NCBI GenBank assembly: GCA_030704615.1
Contig: CM060731.1
Coordinates: 92,256,001-92,320,000 of the forward strand
Direction of reading: 5' to 3'
Length of the DNA: 64,000 nucleotides
Origin: Takakia lepidozioides
Lineage: Eukaryota > Plantae > Bryophyta
Shown here: positions 23,641-36,590 of the stretch, piece after piece
How the letters are laid out: the number at the start of each line of letters is the position of its first letter
Numbering within the stretch: the stretch's first letter is position 1
Program-made: the position numbers and the translations under genes
Notes under the pieces: model-generated
What the model saw: the letters and a program-made list of their open reading frames with translations, nothing else
Told to the model about the DNA's origin: nothing
Database searches by the model: none

Positions 23641-24838
23641 TGGTTATTATTTTAAAAAGGGAACTTGGGAAGGACGGCTCACAATTCTTGAGGGGAAAAA
23701 CTAACCCCCTTCATGGAGCTCAAGATGGGGACAACGTCGGAAGATAATAGAAATGAGGTAAGAACTTAATGCACACGTGTAAACTTTGAGAGGATGGTGG
23801 GGATGTCAAATCTTCCCGCTCTCTGGTCTCGAAATTTGACTGAGTCCATATTCGGCTAAGTATAAAATGGACTATGAAGAGTTACACGAGATACCGGGGT
23901 AAAAGAGGGCTACACCAATTGGGATACTGGTACCCAGGTTACAGTATAATAGCCTCCCATCAAAAATCACACCCGAAATCTCGCTGCCTGCACTGCAATC
24001 ACCTTACCAACACGCTACCCACCACAGCATGGAACCCTCTTGGATTCTTAAATATTCAATAGTGAAACCGAGGTAAGAGGGGGTGGGGGGATTTGACAGG
24101 TTCCCTGCCGGAGGAGCCCAGGCTGCCGGAATCCGGCGAAAGTACCGTCAGATGGCACGAGTGCATTAAGTTTTTACAAAAAGGATTTTCGAGTATTTTC
24201 AGGATTTTCGAGTCCGCCCTCCACGAAAGTTCACGAGTAAGAAGTACACATCTTACACGTAAAGAATGCCCTGAATTTTCCTATATGATTCAAGGTCCCT
24301 CCCTGAGGGGAGGAACATTCTGCAGATTGGATGAAAATTCTGAGCCGTTCTTCACGTTCGGGAAGGCCCCTGCCCGAGGGCATTCCACGATTTAACGGCT
24401 GCCAGCCTAACGCCCGTACACAAAATTTAGTAAGGGGCACAGGTTGAGAAAAGCTCCGGGAGACCGGGTCCACGCATCTCACCCAGAAAAAAGCTCCGGC
24501 CGATGGAGGGCGGGCAAGAGGCACAAAAATAGAGCAGTAGCAGCGATAGGTACCTATATGGATAGGGCGGCATGTGTGCAGCAGGCTGTACATCATTTGG
24601 TGGACCAAAATCTGAGGGTAAGGGCCGGGCCGTTGCAGGGTGGCTGGGTGGGTGCCTGCGCAAACCCTAAGTCTGGAATGGGGGTGATGGCTCTCCAGCC
24701 TCTGCAGCGACAATGCGTCTCGTATCTCGTGGGACCATCACGATCCCGAGCTCGAAGCGAGACCGTGTCCTTGTCTCCACGTTAGGTATGGCGTCTTCTT
24801 GTTTCTGAGAGATACAGCGCTTGTGAGGCAGTCGTTGA

Positions 24839-27800
24839 ATGGTAGTTGAGATATATCACCGCATGCACAAAGAGAAGAAAGAAATGGAAAGGGAAAACGG
24901 GGAGCACCCTCTCGGTCATCGCCATTCGCCTCAGCAAGACAACCGACAACAAGGCCAAAATGAATTCGATGAGAAAATATCGACGTCAGGCACTCTCCAA
25001 AGTGCCTCTGTTCAATTGGACATGCCGAACGGAGAGCTGGCTTCTACCTTAACGACTCATGTTTCGCCTTCTATTGCGGCGGCAGCGTCAAGCCCGAACG
25101 ATTTTGTGGAAGTGGATGATGCTAAGAACACCATCAACTTGTCAAATAAAATCGATGGTTTCGAAAGAAGACACGAGGACATGAATACTCTATCTATAAA
25201 AGATTGTACCTCAGATCTCGACGAATCAGTTAGAATGGAGTCAGAGATCCTGAGAAACCCCAATTCAAGAAAAGACTCGTCAAAAGAAAACAGAGCCGAA
25301 GCTGGCCTGTTAAGACCACTCCTAAAACTAGGTTCGAAGTTATATGAGCTTGAAAACTTGCAAGACAGTTGTGATGATGACATAGACACAGATATGCAAG
25401 TTAAACAAGCCAGCCCACCCCACGATACCCAGTGCGCCACAGCTTATGCCCACATTCAAACCATGTCGGACGATACGCAAACAGAAAAAGTGCACTCCCC
25501 GAAAGCTGGACAAGAGACTTCTTCCCATGTTGAGCACAGGGAAACGGAGGAGGTCACCCAAGCTGCGGAGAAGATTGAAGATGCAATAGACAATGGCCAG
25601 GGAGCCATGCAGCTGCCGGGGACGAATAAAAGTCCAGACCAAACATTCCAACCTGCCGAGGCCGCACAAGAAGACAGCGCCCAAGCAGGTGTCAGCCCAG
25701 TGGGGAAGACTGAGCTTGAGCGAGAGATGGAACTGTATGAAGCGTCTGAAAGAGACGAGCAGGTACGCCTGCTCGCACCCATGCGGCCGGATCAACGGGA
25801 TTTGCAGATGGACGAACAGCTCGTGGTGAAGGATCCCCAGAATGACAAGAAGCGCGCCCTGGAGAGCCCGTTGCAAGATCGCCAGAAGAAACGAGGCAGG
25901 AGGATCCAAGCGCCTGACGAGAAAAAGAAAGAAGAAGAAGATGTGTGTTTCATTTGCTTTGATGGTGGCGACCTTGTGCTGTGTGATCGAAGGTATGAAT
26001 CTTCCGCAGGACATCTTAGAAATTGTGGACTCTGACGACGTCAGAAAGGCTGCTCTGCTTTGCCTAAGAACTATCAGGGATGATATTAAGCTGAAACTCC
26101 TGGATTCCTACAGTCAAATATGTCATGACATTGATGTAGCAGGCTTAGTGTTGTTACCTCTACTATCATTTTTTGACATTTCTGAACAGCTCAAATTTGT
26201 CACTTTTTATGGTTTTCTAATTTCTAGTTGGGGAGGAGAGTATGTGGTGGCTGTATCCAACTGATGTGACTTTGGTGGAACATGTTTGTGGCAGATCTTG
26301 TCCAAAGGCATATCATTTGAACTGCATTGGACGTGATTCAGCCTTTTTCAAGAAGAAGGGAGCTTGGCTATGTGGTATGTGATTCCAAATCTGACAGAAG
26401 CTCTTGTAGTGGTTAGGTGTATAAACCATACCTTGCTTCATGATCTCACTGCCTATCAGTCTGTGTGTTTTGAAAGAGCATCTTGTATAAGTTGAGGCTA
26501 GCAACAATAACCTTTCTTCTTGGTTCATGTGATGGGTACTATATTGTCCTTCCATTGATGTCATGATAAGTTGTTACAGCAGTCTTATCAGGATCTCGAA
26601 ATTGTCTTTGAGTTTTAATCTGTGGATCTGGTGGAGCAAGATTGTGGAAAATGTCGAAACTGGAGGAAACTGGGGCTTTCGTAGTCAAGTCTGTAGTAGC
26701 CATCAGAGAGAACTCTCTAGGGTTGACTGTACTGATTCCCTTCCATATTTCCCTTATATGTTGCTCTGATTGTCATTTGTAATTCTCTGGTATTCGGACT
26801 TGTTTATGTAGGCTGGCACTTTTGCTCGGTGTGCACAAAGCCAGGCAGTTTTCAATGTTACACCTGCCCCACTGCGTACTGTGGAAATTGTGTCAAAGAG
26901 GCTGATTTCCTGCTGTTGCGGAAAAGGAAAGGGTTATGTGAGGAATGTCTGCCAGTCGTGAGCATGATTGAGCACAATGAAACTGTAAATGCAGAAGGGG
27001 TATGCACTGCTCCTTTACTGCTATTGCTGATTGAAGGGGCAAGTTCCAGACAAAGGAGGTTTTGTCTAGCATAGGCAAATGTATTCCAAGTCCAATGTGT
27101 CATGGGCACAGTCAGTTAGGCTCTGGTGGGATATATTAAAGAGGTTAGCTTTTGATGTGTCTCATGGTCTCTTATTGCTTTGCACATGGTCCACTAGAAG
27201 TTTTTTCTTGACAACGCATCCCTGTAGCATTGATACAACTTCCAGTACAAATGGTAGCACTGTTATAGTGGTATGTTCCAGAAGCTTATGATTTGTTGTG
27301 TTCATGGAAGTTGCCAGGATGTTGCAGTGCATGTAAAGACATTCTCAGGTCAGTCTTGGTTTCCGGACTTGTTGTAGGGGAGTGCTAATTTTGCTGATGA
27401 CCACAGGTGGAAGTGGATTTCGAAGATCAGGAGACATATGAGTGTTTGTTCAAAGAGTATTGGGGGGATCTCAAGGGCAAGCTATCCTTGACATTGCCAG
27501 AGATAGATAAGGATGGGAAGGCTGTGGAAGGGATCGATATGGATGTAGGGGACGTTGGATCAGACACTGAAGATCACACCGACAATTATGACTCAGGTAC
27601 TGATTCAGAGAAAGCCCCGGAGGAGGCTGATCAGGATGAAAGTGAAGCTGAGGATGAGAGCGAAGGGAATAGGGAAGTAAACGAGGGTGTCCCTGTCTTG
27701 TCTCAGTATAGTGAACAAGACATGGAGCCAGATGAAGTTGATGGTAACAAAGAAGATAAGCATGAGGATGAGTTCCAACCCCCAAAGATCGAAAGTTGGG

Positions 27801-30800
27801 CATCGAAAGAGCTTTTAGAGTTTCTCGTGTTCATGAAAGAGGATCCAAAAAAACCTCTCACAAGGTTTGCTTTCACAAAATTGCTGTGGGCATACATCAA
27901 GCGCCAGAAACTCCAGGACCCTCGCAAGAAGAGCCAAATTGTTTGTGACGAACGACTACGCAACATATTTCGGAAAAAGATTGTGGGACATTTTGAAATG
28001 TTCAAGGATCTTCAAATGCATTTTCCTCCTAAAGGCTCTGTTGGTGCCACAAAGAGCGGAGGGGGTGCTAGCAACACTGATGAACGATTGGGTGCTAAAG
28101 ACGACACAGTGGTAGTAGATGGCATTGACGATAAGCTGAACCGAGGCTCAGGCAAGGATAAGCGTAAGGGACGCAGAAAGTTGGATGAGGAGAAGTTTGA
28201 GAGACCAGATAGCGATCAGTATGCGGCTATCACTCCCAAAAACATCAATCTCATATATTTGCGGAGGACACTAATGGAAGATTTATTGGACGATCCTGAG
28301 TTCCATAATAAGGTGGTAGATACATTTGTGAGGATTCGTGTCCCAGGAATGACCAGTAAGACGGAGATGTGCTACAGACTTGTACAAGTCACAGGTAATT
28401 CCAGGCTACAGGAGCAGGTCCTTGAATTCTTTGATGGTTTTGTGCTCTTACTGTGGTGATAAAGGTTTGGTGCTGTTGTTTCTCATGTCAGTCATCTTTT
28501 TTCCATCTTTTCACAATACAGGGACAAGATCACAGGCAGAGCGGTACAAGGTTGGGAGGAGAACAACGAATGTGGTTCTGGAGATCTTGAATCTTCAAAA
28601 GAAAGAGGATGCAACAATTGACCTAGTTTCAAATCAGGACTTCAACGAGGTCAATCTAACGTGATCTCAAATACTGGGCATTTGTTTACCATTACAATGC
28701 TTTATGTTTTGACAACAAACTCAGCGCATCTGCACCCTATGTTAGGAACTGAAGAAGTCAGTGGGGAGTTATTTATAACAGCTCATCTCTGATGTACATG
28801 ATGTAGTTGATTGTCTCATGCTCTTGGATTGACCCCCTAAGTGATGAGAGGCAGCATCTTCCCTTTTTTGTCTTTGTTTCTTCTCCTTGAGGTTTTTGTC
28901 TTGGGGTCTTTGTTTTCATGTCGTATGCTCTTCTTTACCTTGGATGTGGCTATCTTTTGAACTTCGGTTACCTCTCAAATGTGAGTTCAGAGTTTACTTG
29001 GCTCTCACATTGATTTATGTTGTGTGTGTTGATGATGCATTGGCACTTGTCCAGCTTAAGTCTTGTGGTAAGAGTTGTTGTAGATACAACATGAGGTTTC
29101 TATGAATCCCAGTCTTCCACCGTCTTGTTGGAATGCATATAATGCTTATGATACCTTGTAAAGCTAGCCATGTACAAAGTCAAACCTAAATTTATTTTCT
29201 CAAGCTCATTTTGAATCATTCTTTTGGTTGTTGAAAATAGTTGTCAGATTCATTTCAGCAATTGTGTTTGGTTGTCGTCACAAGTGTGATGAAGATGTAG
29301 GTTGTCTTAGTTTATCCGTGATTTATTTTCTTTGCATGTGAGAGTGCAGATTGTTAGGGACTTCAATGGGCCTGTTATGGTGGATGCAGGAGGAGTGCCA
29401 ACGGTTGCGCCAGAGCATCAAATGTGGGTTCATCAAGGCCATGACTGTGGTATGTACCACTTTCTGTTGTACGCAGCTCCCTTGGTACTGCTTATCTGAA
29501 CTTGTCTTTGCTTTCCAACATTTTGTTTTGTTAATCCTATAGGACAGATCAGTGCAAAAAGCATCATGGAACCAATTTAGGGTTACTTTCCATGTAAACC
29601 CATTCCCGTTACATGACGTCATCCAAAAATGGGTTTGACCACGGGTCACATCCACTCACACCCCTTTCCATGCACCACCATGGAACGGGACCCGTCCAGT
29701 GGTTTCCACCGGCACTTTTGCACGTGTGTGACCAAAAAAGTGTGTCGAGGAAATGTGTCGAGGAAATGTGTCGAGGAAGATGACCTATTTAGCAAGTCAT
29801 GGGAGGAAAAACACTGGCTAGTGTAGGTCAACCATGGAGAACGGGACCCGTACGCCCAACGCCTCACCAAAAGTGAGGGCTCCGCTGCATGGGACCCGGC
29901 CAGGCCCTGCACGGGTCTCGACATCGGGAAGTGCATGGAACGGGGTGCCTGGACCCATTCTCTCTTCGTGTGACATCAGCAGAACGGGAGAACGGGTCAC
30001 ATGGAAAGTAACCCTTAGTCCCACCTTTCTAGAAGTTCCCAGTATGTCAATATGAGTGTCCATGAATGGACCATGAAAGTCCTGATCCCATGTCCCTCCT
30101 TGGTAGACACATACATCATTATTCACTTTTTTTTCTCATAGTTGTATATATAATATTGGTTTGTCCTTTAAGACGGGTACTTGCAAATGTTAACTTGAGC
30201 TTCTACAGGGCCAACTGGAGGATAAGGCCATTGCTTTGCAGGAGGCAAAAGTCAATGATGTAAGCCATTACTTTGTTTCTTTTGACACAGAAAGGAATGG
30301 TGAAAATTTTGGCTGTTCCTGCACGACTCTTTCTTGGATCAAGCCTGCCTTCTTCGTGATTGTCTCAGTTGATGACTGCAAGTCAGTTGCTTGATGACCA
30401 TTGGTTGCTGCGCAGTTTGAACTGTTCACCTGAAATGGATCTGTTTTACAGCAGATGCTCACTAATACAAAGAATAGTGTCATTGTGCTATTCTCTTTTG
30501 CTTACAGTGCTGTGATACTTGTTGTGCTGGTTCAACCTTTTCTGCCTTTCACTGAAAGCAGCGGTTCGTGTATTTGTGCAGTGGTTTGAAAATGAGCGGC
30601 AGCGGCTGATCAACCTCAGAGATCGCGCAAGTGAGAAGGGTCGCAAGAAAGAATATCCTTCCTTTCCTAGTAGTTCATTTTGTTTGTGTTGGTCGGTGGT
30701 GTTGGGAGTTCTGCTTTGCGGCGGTCAGTACTTGCATTGTTGGAGTTGCATGGGGTTCCTTATGTGTTTTAGCAATCTTGTCCATATATCAGAGGACTGC

Positions 30801-32828
30801 TTTAGACTTTCCTGATAGAGTAGATTGTCTGTTGGGCGCTCCTGATTTTGGCTACTCAATACAGCTAAACTGAGGATGTCTGGTAGGGTAATGGTTATGA
30901 TATTGTGCTTTGAAATGGCCGGAGGTGTTTTCAGCATATGAAAAGGTAGTGCAATTGGTTTGATATGGTGATTAAGTGCTTGTCTGGTATCCTTGACCAG
31001 AATCCCTTTATTACATTGAGGGAGTGTGTGGAGAAGTTGCAGGAGCTTAGCAGCCCGGCGTTTCGGGCTGCAAAGCTGCAGGCAAGACCTGAAGTCAGTG
31101 CGGATCCACATATGGACCCTGCATATGAGTCTGACGTGAGTGATGGCAAGCCAGTTTCAGGTCTGCATCTGTCTCCCTTGTCTCTTGATGCTTTTGAATG
31201 AAGCTAAATGGAGTTTGAAATTTTCAAATTCACTACCACTTTGGTAGCAGAACCTTATTTCTGGTCTTTTCCTGGATGTCTCGGAAGTTTCTGGCTCATG
31301 AACACATCCTGATACTGCATATTATTGCGTACTGAATCCTGGAAGCATTCAATCTCAATCTTAGTGTACATGTACAACATGCAGCACCGTTCCCAGAACA
31401 ATGATGGAATAAGACATTCTGAACCTTGCATGTGGTTTGGCAAACACTTGGGTGGAAACTTTTCCAGGGAGCACTTGGGAAAAGGAGTCTGGAAGTGCAG
31501 ATGTCTCAGGAAGAGTCGGCTGGGAAGACACCAGTTTCTATGGAAAAAGAGGGGATTCTGATATCCATAGGTCTAAGCCTTCTGTTTGGGATGATAAACC
31601 TCGCAATAGAGATGTGGGTCGTGGCGGTTATGAATCAGGTCGATCTGGTGAGAAACAGTTATTGCGAAGTGATGCAAATTATGGTATGGATGATGAGAAG
31701 CCTCATGGCAGTAATGAGAAAGAAGGGACTAAGGTTTGGGACAAATACTGGGCCAGAGATCATCCACAAGAACAAGATCGTGATCGAGGGGATGGATATA
31801 GGTGGAAGGACAATGGTGGAGGGCACATTGAGCAGCGGGATGATGATGTGACCGACGCTAAGTTTGACTATCAAAGTGGGGTCACCCCAGTCTTTGATCA
31901 GCTCAATTCTGATTGGGGTGTAAAAGATGTAGTGGCCCCAGCTCCTTCCCTTCCAGCTGCATCTAATTTGGGATATGCCGCAGCCATGCCAAGTGTTTTG
32001 AGTCAGTCGGCCCTAGAGACCATGGAGAAGGAGAAACTGTGGCATTACCAGGACCCTAGTGGAACCATTCAGGGGCCCTTTTCAATGGAACAATTAAGGA
32101 AGTGGAATACCACAGGGTTTTTCCCTCTTGACTTGAAAATTTGGAAAATTGATCAGTCTCGCGCCACTTCCATTCTACTGACTGAGGCCTTGGAGGGAAG
32201 ACTTACGAAAAAGACAGATCCCTGGACAGTAAGTGCAATGGGTGGATTTGGTGGCAGTGGTAGGGAATTTGGGGGTGGCTCTTCATTACCCAGGCCCAGC
32301 AATGCCTGGCGTGACAACTGGGGGGGTACCACTCGGGAGAGTGGCCGAGAGGCAGGTGATATAGGAAAGTGGGGTGCAGAGAGTGGCGGGCGAGTTGAAC
32401 CAGGTCGTTCTATTCGCTCCGCTGACTGGGATGCACGTGACACTAGCGCCACTAATGATCGAGGCAGCGACTGGGGCCATGGTCGAAGCAGCTATGGTGC
32501 GTCTACCCCCACAACTGGCAGAGCAGAGGACTGGAGTGCTCCTCGGTCCTCTGGGGACAATAATGGCTGGGGTTCCCCCCACAAGGGAAGAGGAGAGAGT
32601 GGTAGTTGGGGTTTGCAGGACAACAGTGGCAAGGGTGCGGGGAGGTCCAGTTGGGCACGTAGCTCCAGTCGTGATTCCAGTGCTATTGGGTCCTGGAAGG
32701 ATGCCACTGGCCGGGATGGGTCTCGTCCTTCAAGGGGACCAAAAGGCTCTAAGAAAGACATTCCTTGCAGATTTCACCAGAAAGGATTTTGCCGAAGAGG
32801 TGAGACCTGTGAGTTCTGGCATGGGTAG
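24839..32828 (+). CDS. NERD: NERD-like zinc finger CCCH protein (PHD, SWIB, Plus3, GYF, WG/GW repeats, CCCH), 10 coding exons
   Basis: Exons 24839-25992, 26295-26374, 26812-26999, 27407-28394, 28522-28649, 29390-29449, 30209-30259, 30582-30652, 31015-31160, 31468-32828. Motifs EEDVCFICFDGGDLVLCDRR, WASKELLEFL, LWAYIKRQKLQDPRKKSQIVCDERL, INLIYLRR, WHYQDPSGTIQGPFSMEQLRKW, CRFHQKGFCRRGETCEFWH. The start codon could be a later ATG. Confidence 0.93.
29580..30014. mobile_element. PIF/Harbinger Tourist-like MITE in a NERD intron
   Basis: Perfect 16-bp TIR GGGTTACTTTCCATGT / ACATGGAAAGTAACCC, TTA duplicated on both sides, 435 bp, non-coding. Confidence 0.92.
30653..31014 (+). other. U12-type (minor spliceosome) AT-AC intron
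   Basis: 5' site ATATCCTT at 30653, branch point TCCTTGAC at 30990-30997, terminal AC at 31013-31014; splicing joins RASEKGRKKE to LRECVEKLQ in frame. Confidence 0.93.
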
Positions 32829-33414
32829 AGATAGATATTGCTAAGAAACTGAGATCTTAAAGGGATGTGGGACGCCTCGACTTTGGCATCTTTCCCCTGA
32901 AGTTAAGTCTATGGTCCTGTGACTCTCTTTGTGATTGCTGTTCTGGCAGGACAGATGAAAATTGTGTCGCTGCTCGGACCCTGTGCTCAGTGCACAATAT
33001 GACTATGAAGCTTCTATGTACAGCTGCCCAAGTTTTGTCTACTAGTCAACTAGTGAATGGACAGTGCCCTTCACCGTGGAGCACTGCCAGTTGCTGATAC
33101 AATGCTGGGCATGAGAGGAATCTATTGAGTCCTTGAATAGTATATGTATGGGTATCACTTACAACCGTTTATTGTGGTCAACTTTCTGGTCAGGTCACAA
33201 TATCTGCCAGAAAGTATCCTCTAATAATTCAAACAAACTTGTGAACGCATGAAACCCCAAATCAAGTATTTGATTTTCTGATATGGAATTTAGAGAAACA
33301 AGCATGCTTAAAATCATTCGGGCATTCAAAATTTCTTCAGTTAAGCAAATACTTGATAAAGCACAAAAGCTGTGTTTTATTGTGTTCGTGAGATTATTTT
33401 GTTTCTTGGGAGTT

Positions 33415-34380
33415 AGTTTTTTTTTCTTTTTATACAGAACAGGGGACAGAGGCCCTGGTTAAATTTTATTTAAAACTTATTAAGGAGAAAAAATTTAAAA
33501 CCCCGGTTACACCATAAGGCACACCGTAGTCAGTGCGGGTGACTTCAAAATGGTTGAATCCCCTGACGATAGAAGGGGTTCTACTCACCTTTCACAGGCC
33601 AATGACGACGCTAACCAATGTCTCTCTCTCTCTCAAAACCACAACATTGCTGAATCCTTCCCTCTGACCACCAGCTCCCCTACCTCCCCTTCCCCTCTTT
33701 GCACATGGTCAAACAACCGAGACTTGTATAATCTGCAAATGGCTAGACTCGACAGGGTTTATACCTCCCTTAACATTGCACAGTGGGTTAAGAGGAACCC
33801 TCAAGACCCCATCCTTCAGGGGTTCGACCGTGCACTTGTCTCTTGGAAGCAGATCTGCCTCCCAAAAAAAATGGGAGGCCTACTGGTTCAAATTCCACCT
33901 AAGCTTTACTCTTGGCAGCATCAGAGCCTCTTCAAGACTCTTCTGCACGGGTTTCTTCGTGATAATTTTAGAGCTAGGTGGATCGTAAGGGTCCTTGGTT
34001 TCTCTTCACCCTCGTGAAGGGGCATGACTAAAATCCAGCTATCAATGTAGTTAGATTCATGCATTTTGCCATCCAGGGTTGCCCAGAAATCAGCCCGTTC
34101 AGCAGGGTCATTTGGGGCATAGATGTTAACCAAGCCTAGGGAGCCTGCATTGTTTGAGATTAAGTGCACAGAACTGAAGACGTCCTGGGATCCAAAGCTG
34201 TTCATCAGAGATAAGAGGGAAGATTGAGGGGGACAGGAGAATGGCTGTCCCTCCTAACGATCCTTTTGAGGTAGGTTTCCAAAGGGTCTTGTCTTTGGGC
34301 TAGAGTTGGTCAGTGAGAGAGTGGATTTTGTGCAGATCGAGTTTGTGTTCCTGGATAAAGATGATGGCACTACAAGCATT
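33415..34380. mobile_element. Scrambled LINE remnant (3' tail on minus, endonuclease pieces on both strands)
   Basis: 33415-33540 is similar to the LINE tail at 8416-8530; plus strand CTWSNN...ARLDRVY and LVSWKQICLPKKMGGL; minus strand IFIQEHK and LVNIYAPNDPAERADFW. Confidence 0.8.
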
Positions 34381-34900
34381 CGTAGATTGGAAGAACAAGT
34401 CATCTACCAATATGGTACACCAAAGATTGTTCTGACAGACCAAGGAACAGAGTGGGGGAAAGAGTTTGAGGAGGTATGCATACAACACGACCGCTCGGCA
34501 CCCTATTGGCCACAAAGCAATGGAATGGTGGAGCGCATCATCAAGTCACTCAAGCAAAGCATTCGGGTTCTAAGTATACAAGGGAACAATGAGTGGGACT
34601 GAGACCTCTACAAAGCTTTGTTCAGGTACACAGTCAAGGTACAAACATCAACACGGTTCTCACCATACAAAGTGTTCATAGGAAGGACTTACTCATGGAT
34701 GTTGACAATCGCTGGGTACGAATCACCGAGCTAGTGAACTTGAACGACGGAGAAAAAGACATAAAACCAAATGATGAGAGAAAAGGTGGAGCTCTTAGCT
34801 CAAATCGACGTCGCACTCCATGAGAATGTACTCAAAGCGCAGAAGGAGCAGTAGGAGAGTTACGCAGCTCGTAGAACGAGCAACTCCACCCTGGAATCGC
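34381..34900 (+). mobile_element. LTR retrotransposon integrase core fragment
   Basis: VIYQYGTPKIVLTDQGTEWGKEF...APYWPQSNGMVERIIKSLKQ. Confidence 0.85.
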
Positions 34901-34905
34901 TAAGT

Positions 34906-35350
34906 CACTATTGCAAATAGGGGGGGTTAGCGACGCCAGCCGCGCCCCCACGCGCGGCGCGGCGCTTAGCGTGTGACGCCAGCCCGCGGCCCCGTTTTGC
35001 GACGCCTCGGCGTCGCCATACGACGCGGCGCGCCATCGTGCGATGCCCGCACATCGCAAGGCGGGTTGGACCCAGCTCCGAGGCCAGTCTGCGACGCCCG
35101 GGCGTCGCAAGGTACAATGAAGGGCAAAAAGGCAGCCCACCCTTGCGACGGGTTTTTTTTCTTGTGACGGATGTGGGTCGCTAGTGAATGCTGCTTTTTT
35201 GTTTGAGTGAAAGGGCCCAGCGCCGGGGCCAGTTTGCGACGCCCGGGCGTCGCAAGGTACAACGAAGGGCAAAAATGCAGCCCATCCTTGCGACGGGTTT
35301 TTTTTCTTGCGACGGATGGGGGTCGCTAGTCAACGCTGCCTTTTTGTTTG
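34906..35350. mobile_element. CACTA terminus with GCGACG-rich subterminal repeats
   Basis: CACTATTGCAAATAGGGGGGGTTAGCGACG at 34906, followed by many GCGACG/CGTCGC motifs and a duplicated ~140-bp unit; matching right TIR not found. Confidence 0.65.
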
Positions 35351-36590
35351 AACTTTAAAGGGCAGGGAGAGGGGGTGGGGACGGGGGATAGAACACTGGG
35401 GGTTTCCCCCACATTTTTTTTATTTTTTTTTGCCCCTCTGTCCCGCTCCCTCTTGTCCATTTCCCCTCTCTCTCCACCTCTCTCCCTTCCCGGTGGGGGC
35501 ACTAGGCCATCGAGCTTTGAAAAACCATCTTTAGGAAGAAATGAGACTTCTTCTTCAATATGCCCACATCCATTTCTTTCTTAATCAACTCTTGTAGATA
35601 ACTCGTGTTGCTCAAAGCTACTGGAAACGTTCGTTGGGAATGACTTCATCATGTTAGTTACTTTGTGTGGAACATTAGTATCTGGCTTCGACAGTGTTTT
35701 CAGGCCGGATTCAATCTCAACTGTGTACTTGCGCTTTGGCAAGCTTTTGGCCCGGCGGTGGATACGAATCCCAATCCTACGGAGCCGTGAATCCACCCCA
35801 GTATGGCTCCAAGGATACTCCCTAGGTGATGGAGTTGTTTGCCTTCATTTGCCAAACTTGTCAAACACTCGAACGGTAAAACGAGAGTGAATACAAGCTG
35901 GTCTCCGATTTTGAAGTCGTTGTCCCTCCAGCCTAGAACGCGGAACAACATTCGCTCTCATGTCAGATAACTTCTAGAGAACCTCGGTGAGTCTTATCGG
36001 TGAGTCTCGTCGGTGGGGCCGTCGGCGACGCCCAGCTGTCGCAATGTGGCATGAAGGGGAAGAGGGAGGTCCCAAGGGAGCCGGGATATGCGACGGTGGG
36101 GCGTCGCAGCGGGGGGGTTGCAAGTTGGACAAAGGAATCACCTTGAATCAATGCATATCCCATCAACAGGTTGATGACAGACAAAGACAAATTTTCCCAC
36201 CCAAACACTTGAACGGCCTTGGCAATGGCTTTGGCAACATTATCGTCTTTCACACCAATTTCGAGGATTCTTTCTTTTGCATCGAGATCATGGTTACCAA
36301 ATCGATTGAAGGGTTTCCAGGGATAAGTCTTGGTCAGCACTTGTAGAACAAGAACCATGTCTTCCAACATTCTTGCCCTCATACAAAAATTCAATAATCC
36401 TATAGTCACTTTTCGAGTTACAACTTCACTAGAATCATTCCAAGATCGCCACACCTCCAAAAGATTTTTTTCATGGAATATTTTTCATTGATCAATCGTA
36501 GAAATAAGCTACATGCATGTACATGTACAATCAATCGAAGGGATGGGTACAATTCTGTGCGAGAATTGTTATGTAGCTTTGATTACGTGT

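Noticed and set aside
25057-26014. Antisense ORFs over NERD exon 1, and similar shadow ORFs over ACC1 and the TEs
   Set aside because: They overlap well-supported coding frames on the other strand and show no recognisable motifs.
1-32828. Functional cluster linking the DNMT retrotransposon and the NERD-like silencing gene
   Set aside because: They are about 19 kb apart with unrelated TEs between; proximity alone in a TE-rich plant region is not evidence.
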